64,000 nucleotides of DNA from an uncultured Methanosarcinales archaeon (GTDB lineage Archaea > Nanobdellota > Nanobdellia > Woesearchaeales > WJKR01), in contig CAZKVR010000005.1 of NCBI GenBank assembly GCA_964556395.1, positions 1,470 to 65,469 of the forward strand. The letters are read 5' to 3'. The notes under the pieces were generated by a model. That model was given only the letters and a program-made list of their open reading frames with translations. It did no database searches and had not been told where the DNA came from. A program made the translations under genes and the position numbers. The first letter of the stretch is position 1. Each line of letters begins with the position of its first letter. Shown here piece after piece: positions 9,558-18,264 of this stretch.

Positions 9558-9859
9558 TTCAATCCCAGCTTGTTGATGACGTAGAGGAATATGATGTTGG
9601 TGCTCGTCTCGATCTTCTGGCATCGGGCCTTGCGCTTGAGCTTGAGGCCTTTGCGGAGGGCTTTGGGGACGAGGAAGTAGGTGGTGGCCTCGTTCCGGCC
9701 CCTTTTCGTCATGGTGGTCTCGACTTCGGCGACGTCTTCTGAGAAGAGGTGGACGTTGTTGAGGTTGCCCTTGAGTTGCAACGCCTCCTCGTAGTCGACG
9801 AGGACCTCGAAGACGACCTTGCCGTCCTCTTTCGTCCTGGAGCTCAGGATGGTTCCCAT
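9554..9859 (-). CDS. small protein with AbrB/MazE-like swapped-hairpin C-terminal region
   Basis: 101 aa from MGTILSS (ATG 9859); ATTYFLVPKALRKGLKL resembles AbrB/SpoVT VxIPxELRxxLxI motif; ATGA overlap with KaiC-like gene. Confidence 0.3.
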   Translation of the reverse strand: MGTILSSRTKEDGKVVFEVLVDYEEALQLKGNLNNVHLFSEDVAEVETTMTKRGRNEATTYFLVPKALRKGLKLKRKARCQKIETSTNIIFLYVINKLGLK

Positions 9860-10040
9860 GGTGGTCTTGTGTGGTGAACAACTCATATTTAAGGATATGG
9901 ACGGAGGATGACACCAAAACAAATAACAGGATAACAAAGAGAAAAGCAGTAACACCCATTCCTTCATGACAAGACTACAGCGTCAAACCACGAAGAAGAG
10001 CACAACCTTTAAAAAGAAGCCTTGCAGGAACCCTCTCACC

Positions 10041-11309
10041 ATGTCCTTCCTGGCACAGTACGGCAGCGTCATCGCGTTCTACCTCATCATCATCTTCCTC
10101 ATCGTGCGCTACAGGAAGCGGTTCGACTTCCAAGGGAAAATCATCGCCATGCTCCGGACGAAGATAGGCCTCAAGCTCATGCACAAGTGGGGGACCAACG
10201 GCCGGCGGTTCGTCAAAGGGCTCGCCACGGCAGGCATCTACGCAGGCTTCCTCGGCATGGCGGCCACCATCTACATGATCATCGACGGGTTGTGGAAACT
10301 CCTCTTCGTACCCTCGGCACCGCCGACGTTCGCCCCGGTCCTGCCAGGCGTCAACATCCCGGGCGTGGAGATCTTCGTCCCGTTCTGGTACGGCATCATC
10401 GCGTTGTTCCTCACCATCGTCGTGCACGAGTTCAGCCACGGCGTCGTCGCGGCGGCGCACAGGATGAAGGTGAAGAACTCAGGCTTCGTCATGTTCGGAC
10501 CGCTCCCCGGCGCGTTCGTCGAGCCCGACGAGGAGCAGCTCCAGAAGGCGAAGCCGAAAGCCCAGTTGTCGGTCTACGCCGCCGGCCCGTTCAGCAACAT
10601 CCTATTGACGATCATCCTCATACTCCTCTTCGGATTCCTGCCATTGTTCGTGTCAGGCATGGGCGGCACGCCCTCGGAAGGCCTCCAGACGTTCACCAGG
10701 TACACGAGCGTCGTCAACTTCGGAGCGCTACGCGACGACATGTACCAAGCCACCGGCCTACGCATACTCGACGTGAAAGAGGATTCGGGCGCCGACGAGG
10801 CAGGACTGGCCAACGACACGGTGATCAGGAGCATCGACGGCGTCGACGTGCGTGACAACCTGACGGCCTTCGGCGACGAGATAGTATCCTTCCAAGACCT
10901 CGCGCCTGGCGACACGGTAACATTCAGCAACGAGAACGAGACGTGGACTATCACCACGCAAGAGCACCCTGACAACGAGAGCCGCGGCTGGATCGGCATC
11001 GTGTTCGACACCGGCTTCGTCACGGAGAAGAACCCGAAGGCGGTCGAGAAGTACGGCGAGGCAGGCTTCAAAGGCCTGGAGATACTCTACCAGCAGGTCC
11101 TCTGGCTCATCATCCTGAGCAGCGGCATCGGACTGGCCAACCTCCTCCCCCTGGGACCGGTGGACGGCGGACGCATGCTCCTCGTAGCCCTGGAACGATA
11201 CCTGCCGAAGAAGAAGGCGCAGATGGTATGGGGGAAGGTCAGCATGGTCGTCTTCCTCCTCGTCATCATACTGCTCCTAGGTCCCATCCTGCAGAACCTG
11301 CTCGGATAG
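10041..11309 (+). CDS. site-2 protease (M50 family) with PDZ domain
   Basis: HEFSHG HExxH in TM helix, LDG-like NLLPLGPVDGG motif, central PDZ (ILDVKEDSGADEAGL); TATA CCTTTAAAAAG ~25 nt upstream of ATG 10041. Confidence 0.8.
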   Translation: MSFLAQYGSVIAFYLIIIFLIVRYRKRFDFQGKIIAMLRTKIGLKLMHKWGTNGRRFVKGLATAGIYAGFLGMAATIYMIIDGLWKLLFVPSAPPTFAPVLPGVNIPGVEIFVPFWYGIIALFLTIVVHEFSHGVVAAAHRMKVKNSGFVMFGPLPGAFVEPDEEQLQKAKPKAQLSVYAAGPFSNILLTIILILLFGFLPLFVSGMGGTPSEGLQTFTRYTSVVNFGALRDDMYQATGLRILDVKEDSGADEAGLANDTVIRSIDGVDVRDNLTAFGDEIVSFQDLAPGDTVTFSNENETWTITTQEHPDNESRGWIGIVFDTGFVTEKNPKAVEKYGEAGFKGLEILYQQVLWLIILSSGIGLANLLPLGPVDGGRMLLVALERYLPKKKAQMVWGKVSMVVFLLVIILLLGPILQNLLG

Positions 11310-11373
11310 AAGACAGCCTCTTGTTCTTATCCGACCGAGGCCTTTAAATAACACTGCTTATTCTTCCCCTCTC

Positions 11374-12105
11374 ATGGATTGGCAAAGCCTCCGCAAGCAG
11401 GCCCTCGACGAGACGAAGAAAGCCCTCTCCGAATCAGTGGGCGACGACCAGCTCATCGTCCAAGCAGTGAGCGCCGTCGAGGACTGCGACAAGGCGGCCA
11501 ACCTGTTGGCGAGGCGTCTCAGGGAGTGGTACGAGTGGTACTTCCCAGAGCTCTCGAGGAAGGTCTCTGACAACGAGGCGTTCGCACGGCTGGTGACTGA
11601 AAAGCCGCGCGCAGAGCTCATGGCGGAGATGGACATCCACGAGACGATGGGCGCCCCGTTCAAGGAAGCTGACGTGACGGACATGGTCACGCTAGCGGGC
11701 AGCGTCGGCGCGTTGTACAAGGAGCGGGACCTCCTGGAAGCCTCCATCAAAAGGGTGATGGGCAGGCATTGCCCCAACCTCCTCGCCCTCGCCGGCCCCA
11801 CGATAGGCGCCAAGCTCTTGCGAGAGGCTGGTTCCTTGAGGAGGCTGGCGACCATCCAGGCCAGCACCATCCAGGTGTACGGGGCCGAGAAAGCCCTGTT
11901 CCGACACCTCAGGAGCGGTGCCAAGCCGCCGAAGCACGGCTACATCATACACCACCCGTTGTTGACGCAAGCCCCCCAGAAGGATAAGGGCAAGGTGGCC
12001 CGGGCGTTGGCCGACAAGCTCAGCATCGCCTCCAGAGTAGATTACTTCAAGGGAGAGCCCATCGGCGAGAAGCTGAAGAAGGAGTTGGAGGCGCGATTCT
12101 CATGA
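11374..12105 (+). CDS. nop5: Nop5/Nop56-related C/D box snoRNP protein, short form (Nop domain only)
   Basis: 243 aa; Nop/NOSIC-domain region (GAKLLREAGSLRRLA, ALFRHL...PKHGYIIHHP); lacks N-terminal and coiled-coil domains. Confidence 0.8.
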   Translation: MDWQSLRKQALDETKKALSESVGDDQLIVQAVSAVEDCDKAANLLARRLREWYEWYFPELSRKVSDNEAFARLVTEKPRAELMAEMDIHETMGAPFKEADVTDMVTLAGSVGALYKERDLLEASIKRVMGRHCPNLLALAGPTIGAKLLREAGSLRRLATIQASTIQVYGAEKALFRHLRSGAKPPKHGYIIHHPLLTQAPQKDKGKVARALADKLSIASRVDYFKGEPIGEKLKKELEARFS

Positions 12106-12782
12106 AGCAGGCCCGGTTCGACAACATCTACACGATGCGCACGAAGAAAGGCCTCAGGCTGTTCACCAGGAGCCTCTACCCGTCTTTCAGGGGTTTCGAA
12201 GAGACGGTCATCAAGAAGCAAGGAGTCGCTTACCGCGAGGTCGACCCTGAGCGCAGCAAGCTCTTCGCAGGCGTCGCCAAGGGCGCGTCGCAGATCGGCA
12301 TCCGCGAGGGCAGCTCGGTCCTCTACCTCGGCGCCAGCCACGGCTACACGCCGTCGTTCGTCAGCGACGTCATCGGCAGGCAAGGCCGGATGGTGTGCGT
12401 GGACATCGCGCCCAGGGTGGTGCGGGACCTCGTCTTCCTCTGCGAGCGGCGGGAGAACATGGCGCCGGTGATGGCGGACTGCAACAAGCCCGAATCGTAC
12501 GAGCACCTCGTCCCGGAAGAGGTCGACGTCGTGTTCCAGGACATCGCCCAGCGGGACCAGGCAGGCATCTTCCTGAAGAACTGCCGCAAGTATCTGAAGA
12601 AGAACGGGTTCGGCTTGTTGGCATTGAAAGCGCGGAGCGTGGACGTGACGAAGAAGCCGCACCAGGTGTTCAAGGAGACGTTCCAGGAACTCGAGCAAGC
12701 GGACGGCTTCGCCGTGGTTGACAAGCGCGAGCTCGCGCCTTATGAGAAGGACCACATCCTGTTCGTGGTGAAGCGCCGGTGA
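12102..12782 (+). CDS. flpA: fibrillarin-like rRNA/tRNA 2'-O-methyltransferase
   Basis: Fibrillarin signature (LYLGASHGYTPSFVSDV, VFQDIAQRDQA); ATGA overlap with nop5. Confidence 0.9.
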   Translation: MKQARFDNIYTMRTKKGLRLFTRSLYPSFRGFEETVIKKQGVAYREVDPERSKLFAGVAKGASQIGIREGSSVLYLGASHGYTPSFVSDVIGRQGRMVCVDIAPRVVRDLVFLCERRENMAPVMADCNKPESYEHLVPEEVDVVFQDIAQRDQAGIFLKNCRKYLKKNGFGLLALKARSVDVTKKPHQVFKETFQELEQADGFAVVDKRELAPYEKDHILFVVKRR

Positions 12783-12883
12783 CGGAGTGGGTGCCTAAAC
12801 CATCATTCTACGGACACGCATCCTGAGGAGCACGTCCACCTCCAGGGCAAGTGATTTAAACCATTCTAGACTCCTCTTCGCTC

Positions 12884-13564
12884 ATGGATTTCTCCTGCCA
12901 GGACAAGACCGAGGCTTTGTGTGCGAGCGCGCGCGAGGCCGTGAGGAAGACCCGGTTCGTCGTCGTCGGCGTCGGCGCGTTGGGCTGCGCGGCCGCCCAG
13001 GCGTTGGTGCGGAGCGGCGCTGAGGAGTTGGTGTTGGTCGATGATGATTCTGTGGAGGTGGATAACCTTCCGCGGCAGGTGTTGTTCGTGAAAGAGGATG
13101 TGGGGATGCGTAAGGCTTCGGTGGCTGCGGAGCGTTTGCGCGCGCTGGATCCTGGCCTCCGCGTCAGTGTCGAGAATGAGAGGCTCGATGCGGATAACGT
13201 TTCTTCCTTGCTCGAGGGGGCTGGCGTCGTGGTGGAGTGCACTGACAACCTCGCGGCGCGGCGGGTCATCGACGGGTATTGTGCAGCTTCGTCCACGCCT
13301 TGGGTGCACGCCGCCGTCGCGGGCGCCAAGGGTGAGGCGATGGCTGTGCTGCCCGGCTCCAAAGGGTATGGTGACATGGTTGAGGGTAAGGTGGTTTCTG
13401 AGGATTGCGCTAACGAGGGAGTCCTTTCTGTCAACGCTATCATGACGGGTACGTTCGAGGCGATGTTGGCGTTGCGCGTCGCTTCCGGCCAGGACGAGGG
13501 GTTGCTCGGCGTGTTGTTCCGCTTGGACGCTTGGTCCGGCGCTGTGGACCGTTTCAGGCTCTAG
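12884..13564 (+). CDS. ThiF/MoeB/HesA-family E1-like adenylyltransferase
   Basis: VVVGVGALGCAAAQALVRSGAEELVLVDDDSVEVDNLPRQVLF nucleotide-binding/E1 motif. Confidence 0.75.
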   Translation: MDFSCQDKTEALCASAREAVRKTRFVVVGVGALGCAAAQALVRSGAEELVLVDDDSVEVDNLPRQVLFVKEDVGMRKASVAAERLRALDPGLRVSVENERLDADNVSSLLEGAGVVVECTDNLAARRVIDGYCAASSTPWVHAAVAGAKGEAMAVLPGSKGYGDMVEGKVVSEDCANEGVLSVNAIMTGTFEAMLALRVASGQDEGLLGVLFRLDAWSGAVDRFRL

Positions 13565-15987
13565 CCTTTCTTCGGCGCTTCGCCGAGCGTGATGGTGACC
13601 TTGAGGCCTTCTCGGAGCTCTTCCTCCGCGTCGCCGTACGTCACCTGTTCGGCTTTCGTCGCGGCTTTCAGGTCGTCCTCGACGAGCTTGAGGAGTTTCG
13701 CGTCTTCTTCCGGGCACTCGACGGCGAGGCTGGTGACTGGTGTCCTGAGGGAGACTTGTTCTTCTGACTTGCGTTTGCGGACGGCGTTGAGCACTTCCAC
13801 CAGTAGGTCTCCGGCCTTCTCGGCGTCCCGGTCGATGAGCGCGTCCTCGTAGGAGGGCCACGGGCTGGTGTGGATGCTGTCCTTCTCGTCCTCGGCGTAG
13901 GCGTAGCTGTATATCTCTTCGGTGATGTACGGCATGATGGGCGCGAAGAGTTTGAGGATGGCTTCGTGCGCTTTGCGCAGGGTCCATTGCGCGCTGGTCT
14001 TCGCGTCTTTGCCGTACGTGTCAGGGTTGTAGATGCGCTCCTTGATTATTTCCAGGTACTGGTCGCAGAACGTGTTCCAGAAGAAGTTGTCGACCAGCCC
14101 TTTGGACTTGGCGTATTCGAAGGCTTCGTAGGTGTCCGTGCTCTCCTTGATGATGCCTTGCAGCTTGGTGAGGATCCACTTGTCGGCGGCCTGAAGCTTC
14201 TCAGGTTTGGTGCCGTCGTGGTCCTGGAGCTGCATGAGGGCGAACCTGGAGGCGTTCCACAGCTTGGTGACGGTCTTCTTCCCGGTCTGGAGGTCTTTCT
14301 CCTGGTAGGGGAGGTCGTCTCCGAGCTTGGAGCCTGCGGCCCAGTACCTGAGGGCGTCGGCGCCGTACTTGTCCATGACGTCCTGGGGGGCGATGGCGTT
14401 TCCTTTGCTCTTGCTCATCTTGTTCCCTTTGGGGTCGAGGACGTGTCCTGAGATCATGATGTTCTTCCATGGTATCTGCTGGTGGTGGTAGAGTCCTTTG
14501 GCGATGGTGTAGAACGCCCACGTCCGTATGATGTCGTGGGCTTGCGGCCGTAGGTCCATGGGGTAGAGCTTCCTGAAGCCTTCCTCGTCGTCTGGCCAGC
14601 CGGCTGCTATCTGTGGCGTGAGGGCTGAGGTCGCCCAGGTGTCGAGGACGTCGGTGTCTGGTTGCAGCTCTCCTTCGTGGCTTTCGGGCCGGTCGCTGAG
14701 GGGGTCGACGGGGAGCTCCTCCTTCTTGGGCAGGATGACCTTGCCTTCCTCGTCGTACCAGACGGGGAATGGTATGCCGAAGTGTCGTTGCCGTGAGATG
14801 CACCAGTCCCAGTTGAGGTTCTCCACCCAGTGGATGTACCGGGTCTTCATGTGCTTGGGATACCAGCTTATCTCGTCGGCGGCGTCGAGCAGTTCTTGCT
14901 TGTGGTCGAGGACGTTGACGAACCATTGCGGCGTGTTGAGGTATTCCACTTCTGTTCCGCAGCGTTCGTGGACGTTGACGGGGTGCGTGATGTCCTTGCT
15001 CGCGATGAGGAATCCTGCTTCTTCGAGGTCGTGCCTGATGGCTTTCCGGGCTTCCTTGACGGGCATGCCTTCGTACTTCTGGGCGCGCTCGTTCATCTTG
15101 CCGTCCCTGGTGAACGCGACGCGTAGGGGGAGGTCGTGCTTGTGCCATTTCTCGATGTCTTCCTTGTCGCCGAACGTGCAGCACATCATCAGGCCGGTAC
15201 CCACGTCCTTGTCGACGGTCTCGTCCTCGAGTATGGGGACTTCGTGGTCGAACAACGGTACGGTCGCGAACTTGCCCTTGAGGCTCTGGTAGCGTTCGTC
15301 GTCGGGGTGGTAGAAGAGCGCGACGCAAGCTGGCAGTAGTTCGGGCCTGGTGGTGGCTATGGTGAGGTCCTTGCCGCCTGATTTGAAGGTGAGGTCGTTG
15401 AAGTGGCTGGTCATGTCGACGTTCTCGAACTCTGCCTGGGCGATGGCGGTCTGGCACGTCGGGCACCAGCTCACCGGCGTCTCCTTGCGGTAGACGAGCC
15501 CTTTCTCGTGGAGTTCTATGAATGAGTGCTGGCTGGCTTTCTGGACTTCCTTGGAGATGGTGCTGTACGGTTGTTTGAAGTCGCAGCTCATGCCGAGGAT
15601 TTTCCAGTCCTCTATGAATGCGGGTAGTAGTTCTTGGACGGTCTGGTGTGCGAGCTTGAGGTACTCGTCGCGTTCCATCCGCTTCGCCTTGACCTTCTTG
15701 GTCTTCTCGACGAGCTTGTCGGTGGGGAGCCCGTTGTCGTCAGTGCCGAAAGGATAGAGGACGTTCTTGCCCCGCATGCGGTGGTAGCGTACTATGAAGT
15801 CTTGTTGTGCGAAGCTGAAGCTGTGGCCGAGGTGCATCCTGCCGGAGACGGTGGGGGGTGGGGTGTCGACGCTGAAGATCGGCTTGTCGCTGTCGGGGTC
15901 GTACGCGTAGGTGTCTCGTTCCTCCCACGATTGTTTCCATCGTTGTTCGGCTTCTTTGAAGTCGTATTTCTTCGGCAGTTCTCTCAT
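13561..15987 (-). CDS. valS: valyl-tRNA synthetase
   Basis: Class I aaRS HIGH (RMHLGHSFS) and KMSKS motifs, ValRS-specific editing/anticodon regions; start MRELPKKYDF at 15987. Confidence 0.9.
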   Translation of the reverse strand: MRELPKKYDFKEAEQRWKQSWEERDTYAYDPDSDKPIFSVDTPPPTVSGRMHLGHSFSFAQQDFIVRYHRMRGKNVLYPFGTDDNGLPTDKLVEKTKKVKAKRMERDEYLKLAHQTVQELLPAFIEDWKILGMSCDFKQPYSTISKEVQKASQHSFIELHEKGLVYRKETPVSWCPTCQTAIAQAEFENVDMTSHFNDLTFKSGGKDLTIATTRPELLPACVALFYHPDDERYQSLKGKFATVPLFDHEVPILEDETVDKDVGTGLMMCCTFGDKEDIEKWHKHDLPLRVAFTRDGKMNERAQKYEGMPVKEARKAIRHDLEEAGFLIASKDITHPVNVHERCGTEVEYLNTPQWFVNVLDHKQELLDAADEISWYPKHMKTRYIHWVENLNWDWCISRQRHFGIPFPVWYDEEGKVILPKKEELPVDPLSDRPESHEGELQPDTDVLDTWATSALTPQIAAGWPDDEEGFRKLYPMDLRPQAHDIIRTWAFYTIAKGLYHHQQIPWKNIMISGHVLDPKGNKMSKSKGNAIAPQDVMDKYGADALRYWAAGSKLGDDLPYQEKDLQTGKKTVTKLWNASRFALMQLQDHDGTKPEKLQAADKWILTKLQGIIKESTDTYEAFEYAKSKGLVDNFFWNTFCDQYLEIIKERIYNPDTYGKDAKTSAQWTLRKAHEAILKLFAPIMPYITEEIYSYAYAEDEKDSIHTSPWPSYEDALIDRDAEKAGDLLVEVLNAVRKRKSEEQVSLRTPVTSLAVECPEEDAKLLKLVEDDLKAATKAEQVTYGDAEEELREGLKVTITLGEAPKKG

Positions 15988-16200
15988 GGTGGCTCCCCTG
16001 TGGCGCTCCTCTCCGCGGACAGTGTCTGGTCGTCGTTGCTCGTCGTCGCGCTGCCTGGAGAAGGAGTGGATGTGTGGGCGACGGTTCACGCCCGTACTAC
16101 GACGACTACTGGTGCCATGAATGGTGGAGAGCTAGAGATGTTATTTAAAGGTTGCGTTGGAGAAAGGGAGAAAAGAGAAAAATGAAAATGTGTGTTCTTT

Positions 16201-16464
16201 TCAGAACTTTTTGATCGCCGCGGCGGGGCTGAACTTGACCGTCTTGTAGCCCTTGATCTTGATCTTCTCGCCGGTGGACGGGTTGACGCCGGTTCGCGCC
16301 TTCCTCTTGACCGGTTTGAAGGTGCCGAGTCCGAGGAGCATGACTGGCTCTTTCTTCGCGGTCTTGGCGATAAGGTCTATCGTCGTGTTGAGCACTTCCG
16401 TGATCGCGGTCTTCGGGTAGTCTGTCTTGCTGGCGACTTTCTCGATTATTTCTCCTTTGTTCAT
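16201..16464 (-). CDS. hup: bacterial-type HU/IHF-family DNA-binding protein
   Basis: 87 aa; MNKGEIIEKVA...GFGTFKPVKRKARTGVNPSTGEKIKI HU arm signature. Confidence 0.85.
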   Translation of the reverse strand: MNKGEIIEKVASKTDYPKTAITEVLNTTIDLIAKTAKKEPVMLLGLGTFKPVKRKARTGVNPSTGEKIKIKGYKTVKFSPAAAIKKF

Positions 16465-16611
16465 TCTTACATCACCTGTTTCGTCTCACTCCCCCATGAA
16501 TGCTAGGGTGTTGGTAGAGTTGTTAGATGAGGTAGTATATAAAACCTGCTGTTTTACGGCTTCTTCAGGGGATAAAGGTTTAAATAGGCGGGCCGTCTCT
16601 GCCTCGTAGTT

Positions 16612-16712
16612 GGGCCTGTAGCTTAGCCTGGATGGAGCGGCGGCCTTCTATAGCCGGCTTGGTGCTGGTTGGAGCGAGCCGCAGGTCGGGGGTTCGAATC
16701 CCCTCAGGCCCG
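16612..16712 (+). tRNA. tRNA-Arg(TCT) with 26-nt intron after position 37
   Basis: Acceptor GGGCCTG/CAGGCCC, D-arm GCTT..GAGC, anticodon stem GCGGC/GCCGC with loop CTTCTA|intron|A, T-arm GGGGG TTCGAAT CCCCT; TATA GGTTTAAATA ~25 nt upstream; oligo-T after 3' end; no encoded CCA. Confidence 0.7.
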
Positions 16713-16756
16713 TATTTTTTGTCGTTCTCAAGAAGGAAGAAAGGAAAAATAGGTTT

Positions 16757-17005
16757 CTATGCGCCGCAGCCGCAGTTGGCGGCTCCGCAGCTTCCGCCGC
16801 ACGCGCCGCCGCAGCTGCCGTCACAGTTCCCGCTCGCGCCGCACGTGCTGCCCGGTGCTGGCTGGCTTGGCTGCGCGGTCGGGGCTGTGGTGGTGTCCGC
16901 GTGGGCGCTGCCCGGGCTTCCGAGCATGGCGACGCCGACTACGGCGATGGCGATCACGCCGAGGGCGAGTCCGAACACTCCTAGCAGTTTTCCTTTGTTA
17001 CCCAT
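16757..17005 (-). CDS. small membrane-anchored/secreted Cys-Gly-rich peptide
   Basis: 82 aa; N-terminal hydrophobic helix then TCGASGNCDGSCGGACGGSCGAANCGCGA (10 Cys in 29 aa); last gene of permease-NifX operon. Confidence 0.4.
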   Translation of the reverse strand: MGNKGKLLGVFGLALGVIAIAVVGVAMLGSPGSAHADTTTAPTAQPSQPAPGSTCGASGNCDGSCGGACGGSCGAANCGCGA

Positions 17006-17047
17006 AGAATTATATGAAAGAAAAAAAATATATTTATAGGTTCCCCT

Positions 17048-17341
17048 TCACAGCACGTCCTTGACCTGCTCGCCAGGGCGTTCCTCATAGTCAACGCTTT
17101 TCTCCTCCAAGGCCTTAGTGAAGTTGCCGCCGATCCGTCCGGCGACCACTTTTCGGACGCCTTTCTCGGCGAGCTTGTGCGCGACGGACCAGCCCGCGCC
17201 TCCGCCGCCGACGGCGAACGGGTTCTTCCACGCCTCGACGAGGTCGCCGTCCTCGTAGATGAGGTAGTAGGGTGCGCGTCCGGCGCGGTCGCTCACCATG
17301 GCTTCGGCATCCTTGCCGTCAGCCGCTATCGCTTGCTTCAT
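17048..17341 (-). CDS. NifX/NifB-type dinitrogenase FeMo-cofactor-binding domain protein
   Basis: DRAGRAPYYLIYED...VAHKLAEKGVRKVVAGRIGGNFTKAL matches Dinitrogenase_FeMo-co family fold. Confidence 0.6.
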   Translation of the reverse strand: MKQAIAADGKDAEAMVSDRAGRAPYYLIYEDGDLVEAWKNPFAVGGGGAGWSVAHKLAEKGVRKVVAGRIGGNFTKALEEKSVDYEERPGEQVKDVL

Positions 17342-17834
17342 GGTTCCACCTCCTGTTCATGATCGCCCCTTGCAGGAGCGATGCGAGTATCATGGTCGCA
17401 GTGAGGACGAGCGTGTAGGTCCAGCCGAAGTAGACGACGATGAGCGGCAGCAAGGGTATCTTGACGGCGCGGTTGTAGAGGAAGCACGCGACCATGCCGT
17501 CCGGCAGGCCTTTCTTCCGGAGGTCGGCCAACAAGGGATACCAGAGGTAGATGGGGCCGGTGCTGATGAGACCGCCGACGACGGCGAACGCCCACCCTTT
17601 CCACGACCGGCCTTCGAGGCGTTTCGCGAGGGCCTTGGCGGTGACGTACTTGTTCGTGAGCGCCATGAGGACGAGGACTATGGCGAAGACCGGGAGGACA
17701 CTGAGGAAGATGTCGCAGGCCTTCCTCAAGGAGGCGAGGGCTTCCGCACTATCGAAGAACGCTACGACGACGTAGCCCGCGAGGACTACGATGAGGAAGA
17801 GCCATGGTCCTGAGAGGTTCCTGAGGGCCCTCAT
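17319..17834 (-). CDS. permease subunit B (DUF318/YraQ-like two-component membrane permease)
   Basis: 171 aa, 4-5 TM; start MRALRNL overlaps stop of upstream subunit (ATGA at 17831-17834). Confidence 0.45.
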   Translation of the reverse strand: MRALRNLSGPWLFLIVVLAGYVVVAFFDSAEALASLRKACDIFLSVLPVFAIVLVLMALTNKYVTAKALAKRLEGRSWKGWAFAVVGGLISTGPIYLWYPLLADLRKKGLPDGMVACFLYNRAVKIPLLPLIVVYFGWTYTLVLTATMILASLLQGAIMNRRWNHEASDSG

Positions 17835-18241
17835 AGCAACCCCACCACCGTGACGGTCGCGAGCGCGACTATGAACGAGAACAGGAATGACAGGGCGTTG
17901 CGGGCGAGTGCGAAGCGCTTGCCGAGGATGGATGCTTCGGCCGGCAACTGGACGACGCCGACGGTCACCCATGCGGTGATGAAGGCTGTGACTGCGAGGA
18001 GGCTGACGCCGCTCCCTTGGAGTTCGCCTCCAAGTATGAAGCTGGTGGTGGCGTTCCCGGCGGCGACGCTGCCGGACAGGCTGCCGACGACGAGGTCGAG
18101 GAGTCCGCTGTGTCCGAAGAGTGCGGTGTAGGCTTCGTGCGGCACGAGGGTTGTGAGGAGTCCCACGAGGAGCATAGTGCCTATTATCAGGGGAAAGGCT
18201 TTCCACAGGCCCCTGGCGGCTTTGGCGAACGCTTCTCTCAT
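17831..18241 (-). CDS. permease subunit A (DUF318/YraQ-like two-component membrane permease)
   Basis: 136 aa polytopic membrane protein, translationally coupled to subunit B. Confidence 0.45.
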   Translation of the reverse strand: MREAFAKAARGLWKAFPLIIGTMLLVGLLTTLVPHEAYTALFGHSGLLDLVVGSLSGSVAAGNATTSFILGGELQGSGVSLLAVTAFITAWVTVGVVQLPAEASILGKRFALARNALSFLFSFIVALATVTVVGLL

Positions 18242-18264
18242 GAGAAGAAGTAATGAATTATTAT

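Noticed and set aside
8823-9959. Long 5' extension of KaiC-like ORF
   Set aside because: Extension is Arg/Pro/Gln-rich and overlaps the upstream small gene; Walker-A protein aligns from MTAKKPK at 9557
12866-13987. 373-aa minus-strand ORF
   Set aside because: Antisense to ThiF-like gene and 3' end of valS; Arg/Pro-rich composition
14201-15466. 421-aa minus-strand ORF (other frame)
   Set aside because: Out-of-frame overlap with valS, Arg/Pro/His-rich
17319-18206. 295-aa ORF-track protein spanning both permease halves
   Set aside because: N-terminal 124 aa is an out-of-frame overlap with the upstream permease gene (Arg-rich); real gene starts at MRALRNL (17834)
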